A stretch of 64,000 nucleotides of DNA, from assembly GCA_027053075.1 (NCBI GenBank), contig JALUEE010000086.1, positions 1 to 64,000 on the forward strand, given 5' to 3'. Positions 58,863 to 64,000 of this stretch are shown piece after piece. Both the position numbers and the translations under genes were made by a program. Position 1 is the stretch's first letter. Each line of letters opens with the position of its first letter. The notes beneath the pieces are model-generated. The model had not been told where the DNA came from. It did no database searches and was given only the letters and a program-made list of their open reading frames with translations. The stretch is from a candidate division WOR-3 bacterium (lineage in GTDB: Bacteria > Hydrothermota > Hydrothermia > B15-G9 > WFZT01).

Positions 58863-59378
58863 ATGCGGAGTATAAAATTTGCTGCAGTGATTGCAATACT
58901 GGTCTGGGCATTTGGCGTGGCCCATGCTCAGAGTGATGATGAAGGCTACTATACCAATATTTATGACATAAAAAACGGTGATATCGTGTATTTTGAAGGT
59001 GAGCAACCTATCAATTACGATTACGGTGATTTTACCTATTTCCATCACGATAGAAGGAAGACCTTCAGGATACGGGTGAAATACTACAAGAGGGTTGTAG
59101 ATGTTAATTCGGAATTCTTCGGTATGGAGGGTGAGGAGTACCCAGTAATAAAGGTTGAGAAGGTCTATGAACCTGATTGTGAAATTCCTTCTGTCATGCT
59201 GGGACCCTGGACACTTAGGCCTACTAAGAAGGAAATTACTTACACGCGTACACGTGAAGTTAACCGTGTTGCAGTTTATCCTGCATATAAAAAGAAAAAG
59301 AAGAAGGTAAAAACCGTCTGGTACTGGCAGAGAGGTGAAAAGCCCATCGGTATTCTCAAAAAATACTCAGGACAGTAA
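58863..59378 (+). CDS. Secreted hypothetical protein
   Basis: Signal peptide ending AHA; AGGAGG SD. Confidence 0.75.
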   Translation: MRSIKFAAVIAILVWAFGVAHAQSDDEGYYTNIYDIKNGDIVYFEGEQPINYDYGDFTYFHHDRRKTFRIRVKYYKRVVDVNSEFFGMEGEEYPVIKVEKVYEPDCEIPSVMLGPWTLRPTKKEITYTRTREVNRVAVYPAYKKKKKKVKTVWYWQRGEKPIGILKKYSGQ

Positions 59379-59380
59379 AA

Positions 59381-60469
59381 ATGAGATTTGTAAGCCTTCT
59401 GTTCCTTTTTATAACTTTACTGCAGGCAGAAGGGCCAAAGGTGATTGACCTCTCTCGACTGAGATTTCGATATTTTGTTCCCCAAAGTGTCATAGACTCT
59501 CTGAACTATGAGGATATTTCTGAAATAGATTCAAAGTGGACGCATGTAAATGAGCAACGTTTTACCTGGCATAAGGTGCAATTTGTTGATGGATGGTACA
59601 ATTCTGGTATTAATGCCGGGATATTTATCGGGTTCCAGGCTCCGTTACACAAACTCATGGATGACGAGTATATTACTAACTGGATGGTCTCTCTTCAGGA
59701 ATCGGGTGGAGATGAAATAATCTATAAAGGTGAAACGCGTATTTTCAGCCAGCTACAGTGGAGAGTCTACGAAATTCAATCAGATATTGGAGATGGCCTT
59801 TTTGTGACAGGAGGGTCAATTCCTACTGTTATGTTCCTTGCGATCACTCAGCTTGAACCACCACCCTCATCTCACATACATCCCCTAATTGTTGTTTATG
59901 GTGGGGCCCCAGAAGAGAGCAGAACACAGTTGTTCTCAACTTTAACTAAGTTTCTCAAAACTGTCTCAATTGTAAAGGTTGCCCGGGAAACAAAGACTGT
60001 AGCCTTGGGAAGCATGGAAAATCCTGATACAGTTTCCAAGCCCGATTCTGAGGTGGAAGTTTCCTACATAAAGGTAGAGCAACGCCGAACTGCTGGGGTT
60101 GGTTACACACGATATCCATCAGGTTTCCAGGGGGTTAGTTTCAAATTTTTGAAAGGAATAAAAACTGAGCTGTCCATTGGTGGGCTTGTCGACGGGAAAG
60201 GTAAAGATGATTATGAATACCATCTGGATGCATGCTTTGAGCCCTTTGAACTGAAGATTAAATCCCCTGTTTATATTGGAATAGTCTTTGGTGGCCGCTA
60301 TTACAGAGATAGAACGAGAGTCTATAACCTTTCAATTCCAATAAAAGCTTACTTGAAAGTCGGTGGAATTGCTGCAATGGTACCGATGTTCGGCATCTCT
60401 TATACATACAATGAAAAATTAAGGAGGCACACGATGGCAGGAGGGTGGGGGTTACAGATAATATTTTGA
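59381..60469 (+). CDS. Secreted hypothetical protein with probable C-terminal small beta-barrel
   Basis: Signal peptide; alternating strands ending GGWGLQIIF. Confidence 0.65.
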   Translation: MRFVSLLFLFITLLQAEGPKVIDLSRLRFRYFVPQSVIDSLNYEDISEIDSKWTHVNEQRFTWHKVQFVDGWYNSGINAGIFIGFQAPLHKLMDDEYITNWMVSLQESGGDEIIYKGETRIFSQLQWRVYEIQSDIGDGLFVTGGSIPTVMFLAITQLEPPPSSHIHPLIVVYGGAPEESRTQLFSTLTKFLKTVSIVKVARETKTVALGSMENPDTVSKPDSEVEVSYIKVEQRRTAGVGYTRYPSGFQGVSFKFLKGIKTELSIGGLVDGKGKDDYEYHLDACFEPFELKIKSPVYIGIVFGGRYYRDRTRVYNLSIPIKAYLKVGGIAAMVPMFGISYTYNEKLRRHTMAGGWGLQIIF

Positions 60470-60475
60470 AAAAGA

Positions 60476-60503
60476 GTGGGGGGATGCCTTCGGCATCCCC
60501 CAC
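60476..60503 (+). terminator. Hairpin after 59381-60469
   Basis: GGGGGATGCC-TTC-GGCATCCCCC. Confidence 0.6.
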
Positions 60504-60691
60504 CTACCAACAATTTTATTAATGAGATTTTCCAATCCGGAATGGATTTGGTTATTTCTTTATCACTTTTGAGCGTCTTATTGGAGGGATATTTCACCAT
60601 ATAAGACTTTTTGAAAATTACCACAGACCTTATATTTGAAGAATTTGTGACTAAGGAGGTTGACCTATTTTGAATGGATAAAAGGGGATAA

Positions 60692-60731
60692 AAAAGAGGG
60701 GGGCGGCCCGAAGGGCCGCCCCACCTCTTTT
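60692..60731. terminator. Bidirectional intrinsic terminator
   Basis: A tract, GGGGCGGCCC-GAA-GGGCCGCCCC, T tract. Confidence 0.8.
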
Positions 60732-60748
60732 ATCAAATAAAATTCCTC

Positions 60749-61858
60749 TTACTTCCAGTCGTACTGGAGGTGAACACCAAAGAGCGTCTGGGAAACTTTG
60801 GCGTTGTCGTTGTCTCCAACCTTGCTGCTGAACAGTGCAAATTCAGGCTGGATGTAGAAGCTCTTTGTGAGGTTGAGCTTGTAGTTAGCAAACAGGACCA
60901 TCTTTGTGGCCTTGTCGGTCTTTGTGCTATCGCCAGCAGCCCATACATCTTTCTCGGGCTCTGTGGCAATGTCCATACCGAGACCGGCGGTGAAGAGACC
61001 TTTACCCGCCTTGGCCATGACCTGTGCAAATCCGCCCATACCTGTTGTGTTCTTAACTGTTCCTGTGCTGTCAACGTAAGGTGCATGATATGCGCCCTCA
61101 CAGCAGAAGGTGTAGAGGTTCTGACCGAACCAACCATTTACGAGTACCTTGGCAGGCCCGAGTGGGAGGCCAGCGAAAGCGGCCAATGCAAATGTATTTA
61201 TTGTAGCGGTATCAGCTCCTTCCTCTTTGAAGGAATTATAGGAGAAACTTACATTGGCAGGACCAAATGCAAAGGACGCTTCTATTTTAGGAAGTTTTAC
61301 TTCTGTAGAATGATATGAAGTATCTGTAACTGCAGCTTTGGGCTCAACAAATGCGACCTTGGCTGGCCCTTTGCAGAACACTACTTCCCAAACCCTACCG
61401 CCGTAAAGGTTACCATAGCCGATTGCAGCGAGGTCATGGTTCAGTCTCTGGTTCGCAAACACGAAGTCAAGCACAGACCATGTGTGCCCAAATTTCACCT
61501 TACCCATTGGGGTATTGATCAATGCATAGGCATGGCGCAGCTTTAATACTCTCGTAGGAAATGTTCCACTTGAGGTATCGTGGTCAAATGAAAACCAGCC
61601 ATTTTCATGCCACATTTTATAAGGAACACCTGCTTCAAAATACAGGTAGCTTCCATCATCCATTGTTCCCTTTAGTCTAAACCTTGAGTTACCAGGGTCG
61701 ACAATAGCAAAGTTTGTCACGGCTGCTGATGTTCCTACTGTTGTGGATGAGAATGTCGGATCCACCCTGAAGCTGCCGCTAAATGACCATTTCATGGCCA
61801 GCGCAGGGCCTACTGCCAATATGGCTCCAAGTACTACACCCAGTACATACTTCCTCAT
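60749..61858 (-). CDS. Outer-membrane porin-like beta-barrel
   Basis: Signal peptide ALA; NSRFRLKG, LRHAY, FGHTWS; ends GVHLQYDWK; AGGAGG SD. Confidence 0.8.
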   Translation of the reverse strand: MRKYVLGVVLGAILAVGPALAMKWSFSGSFRVDPTFSSTTVGTSAAVTNFAIVDPGNSRFRLKGTMDDGSYLYFEAGVPYKMWHENGWFSFDHDTSSGTFPTRVLKLRHAYALINTPMGKVKFGHTWSVLDFVFANQRLNHDLAAIGYGNLYGGRVWEVVFCKGPAKVAFVEPKAAVTDTSYHSTEVKLPKIEASFAFGPANVSFSYNSFKEEGADTATINTFALAAFAGLPLGPAKVLVNGWFGQNLYTFCCEGAYHAPYVDSTGTVKNTTGMGGFAQVMAKAGKGLFTAGLGMDIATEPEKDVWAAGDSTKTDKATKMVLFANYKLNLTKSFYIQPEFALFSSKVGDNDNAKVSQTLFGVHLQYDWK

Positions 61859-61887
61859 ATCTCTTACCTCCTTTTGAGTTTTTTTCT

Positions 61888-62817
61888 TCATTTAAACCTT
61901 GTTTTTCCAACCCTCTCTCCCCTCACAACAAGCACCGACTGCCTGGATTTCCTTATAACTTTTTCCGTTACAGACCCCATCAACACCCTTTTCAATCCTG
62001 ATACCCCCCTCGTTGCCATTACAATTAAATCCACATTTTCATCGTCTGCATACTCGAGGATTTTGGGAACCGGCTCTCCTGAATCAACAAAGACACTTGT
62101 CACGACACAGCATTCATCCTGCATAATCTGCCTTGTAAGTGCTTCAAGCTGGTATTTTTCCCTCTCTCCTTCGGTAGAGATGAATTTATCAACTTTCCAC
62201 TTCAATGTATCCGGAAGATTTTCTCTGTCGATTTTAGGTGTCTCAAGAACATAGAGGAGAGAGAGTTTGGCTTTGAATTTTTCGCTAATTTGAACCGCAA
62301 TCTCAAGGGATTTCTTCGATCTCTCACTAAAGTCCACGGGAGCCAAAACACTTTTAATTTTAAACTGTTCTTTTTCTTTCACGATGTAGACATGAGATGG
62401 AGCGTGGCGGGCGATTTTTTCTGTGACTGCTCCGAGCTCGGCGATAATTCCAGGAACCTTCCTGTGATAGCCTATGACAATCAGATCAGCCTGGATTTCC
62501 TCGATAAATTCAAGAATCTGGTTTACCGGGTGCCCCTGCCTGACCGCGATTGTGGGCTCTCGCCCCACGATTGTTTTTGCCCTTTCAGCGTATTTTAAAA
62601 GCTCCTGCTGGGCAAATTCACTGAGGCTTGAATAGATATCTTCCAGCTCTTCTGGCTGAGCAAATGTCCCCTCTAAGTCCTTTGGAAAAACTTTCTTTTC
62701 CAGTACATGGAGGAGGTACAATTCAGCACCAAATTTTCCCGCAATATTAGCCGCAGCCTCAAGTACCGTTGGTGAGTATTCTGAGAGGTCAAGAGAGGCC
62801 GCTATCTTTTTAAACAC
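61888..62817 (-). CDS. Tandem universal stress protein
   Basis: IAASLDLS, VLAPVDFS, MATRG..LMGSVTEKVIR. Confidence 0.9.
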   Translation of the reverse strand: MFKKIAASLDLSEYSPTVLEAAANIAGKFGAELYLLHVLEKKVFPKDLEGTFAQPEELEDIYSSLSEFAQQELLKYAERAKTIVGREPTIAVRQGHPVNQILEFIEEIQADLIVIGYHRKVPGIIAELGAVTEKIARHAPSHVYIVKEKEQFKIKSVLAPVDFSERSKKSLEIAVQISEKFKAKLSLLYVLETPKIDRENLPDTLKWKVDKFISTEGEREKYQLEALTRQIMQDECCVVTSVFVDSGEPVPKILEYADDENVDLIVMATRGVSGLKRVLMGSVTEKVIRKSRQSVLVVRGERVGKTRFK

Positions 62818-62873
62818 TTTTTACCTCCATTTTCATGGCTTATTTTATTAGTGGTCTACCGAAATTTCAAGAT

Positions 62874-64000
62874 TTAATCGCATCTAAAAGCCTCTATTCC
62901 AGTTATGTCTCGACCCACTATTAAGGTTTGCATCTCATGTGTCCCCTCATAAGTATAGACAGCTTCAAGATTTGCAGCATGTCTCATGCAGTTGAATTCG
63001 ATGCTGATACCGTTGGCGCCGAGTACACTTCTTGCCCTTCTACAGATATTTAGTGCCATCCTTACGTTGTTCATTTTTGCCAGAGAAACCTGGGGATATC
63101 TCATTTTGCCGGAATTTTTAAGCTGACCAAGGCGATAAACGAGTAGCTGTGCCTTTGTTATCTCGTTAAGCATCTCAACCAGGTACATCTGGATGAGCTG
63201 ATAGCGGGCAATTGGCTTCCCAAACTGTATCCTTTCTTTGGCGTACTGGAGAGCTTCTTCAAAGCAGGCCATGGCCGCACCGACTGCCCCCCATGCAATG
63301 CCGTATCTTGCCTGTGTGAGGCACATAAGAGGGTGCCTCAGGCTGTCTACTCCGGGCAGCCTGTTGGCCTCGGGTACCCTTACATCTTCAAGAACAATCT
63401 CGCCCGTAGCGGATGCTCTAAGGCTAAGCTTTCCAGTAATTTCCGGAAAGCTTACACCTTTCATATCTCTTTCAACGATAAAACCCAAAATTTTTCCACT
63501 ATCTTTGTCTCTTGCGTAAACAACGGCAAAATCCGCGATATTCGCATTTGTTATCCACATCTTTGCACCGTTCAATACCCATTCATTGCCGTCTTTTTTC
63601 GCGTATGTACGCATTGAGCCAGGATCAGAGCCGGCGTCAGGCTCAGTAAGACCATAGCACCCGATTAGCTCTCCTGATGTCAGCTTGGGGAGGTACTTCT
63701 TCTTCTGCTCCTCTGAGCCAAATGTGAATATAGGATAGGCTACCAGCCCTGATGTCACAGAGACGAAGCTTCTCATCGCTGAATCTCCGCGCTCCAGCTC
63801 CATATTTATCAAGCCATAGGCGATTGCATCAATTTCAGAGCCGCCGTAATCTGCAGGTAGCCAGGGGGCGAGGAGCCCCAGCTCAGCCATCATAGGCACG
63901 AGGTGTTTTGGGAACTCCCCCTTCATGTAGTACTCACCAATTATGGGTATAACTTCTTTGTCAACAAAATCCCTTACAGTATCCCGGATGATTTTTTGTT
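62874..64000 (-). CDS. Acyl-CoA dehydrogenase, glutaryl-CoA dehydrogenase-like (5' end outside window)
   Basis: ELERGDS, GLTEPDAGSDP, SLRASATG, TYEGT; frame open to window edge. Confidence 0.88.
   Translation of the reverse strand, partial: QKIIRDTVRDFVDKEVIPIIGEYYMKGEFPKHLVPMMAELGLLAPWLPADYGGSEIDAIAYGLINMELERGDSAMRSFVSVTSGLVAYPIFTFGSEEQKKKYLPKLTSGELIGCYGLTEPDAGSDPGSMRTYAKKDGNEWVLNGAKMWITNANIADFAVVYARDKDSGKILGFIVERDMKGVSFPEITGKLSLRASATGEIVLEDVRVPEANRLPGVDSLRHPLMCLTQARYGIAWGAVGAAMACFEEALQYAKERIQFGKPIARYQLIQMYLVEMLNEITKAQLLVYRLGQLKNSGKMRYPQVSLAKMNNVRMALNICRRARSVLGANGISIEFNCMRHAANLEAVYTYEGTHEMQTLIVGRDITGIEAFRCD

Noticed and set aside
60733..61318. Alternative-frame and antisense ORFs in the porin gene
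   Set aside because: Explained by codon bias; no independent signals
1..64000. CRISPR array, prophage, integrase or transposase
   Set aside because: No regularly spaced repeats or matching protein motifs seen

Overview
A 64-kb gene-dense bacterial chromosome segment. Inference on origin: a diderm, probably anaerobic and thermophilic peptide/amino-acid fermenter. Three proteins with T9SS-like C-terminal sorting tails point to the FCB superphylum or a neighbouring candidate phylum; E/K-rich proteins, an archaeal-type ApgM and a protein-disulfide oxidoreductase fit a thermophile. The window has about 55 CDS, 5 tRNAs (Pro-CGG, Gln-TTG, Leu-TAA, Cys-GCA, Pro-GGG), no rRNA, no CRISPR array and no intact transposase. 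Most genes are housekeeping. Highlights: (1) a self-contained putative c-di-GMP-gated exopolysaccharide operon (Rieske - NfrB-like GT2/MshEN synthase - BcsB-like - TPR/barrel - DUF2334 deacetylase - wecB) that mixes Nfr-type and Pss/Yda-type parts, with a probable CTG start codon; (2) a family of MITEs with 9-bp target-site duplications that sit exactly 8 bp upstream of TTGA(C/T) -35-like boxes; (3) an adjacent pair of T9SS-tailed cohesin-like and dockerin-like proteins; (4) two paralogous secreted Gly/Asp-repeat proteins with shared non-repeat R-x-D, YW and H residues; (5) two small unannotated paralogues upstream of cstA; (6) many apparently leaderless genes and GNA-triloop hairpins. All functional calls come from reading motifs by eye; no database searches were run.
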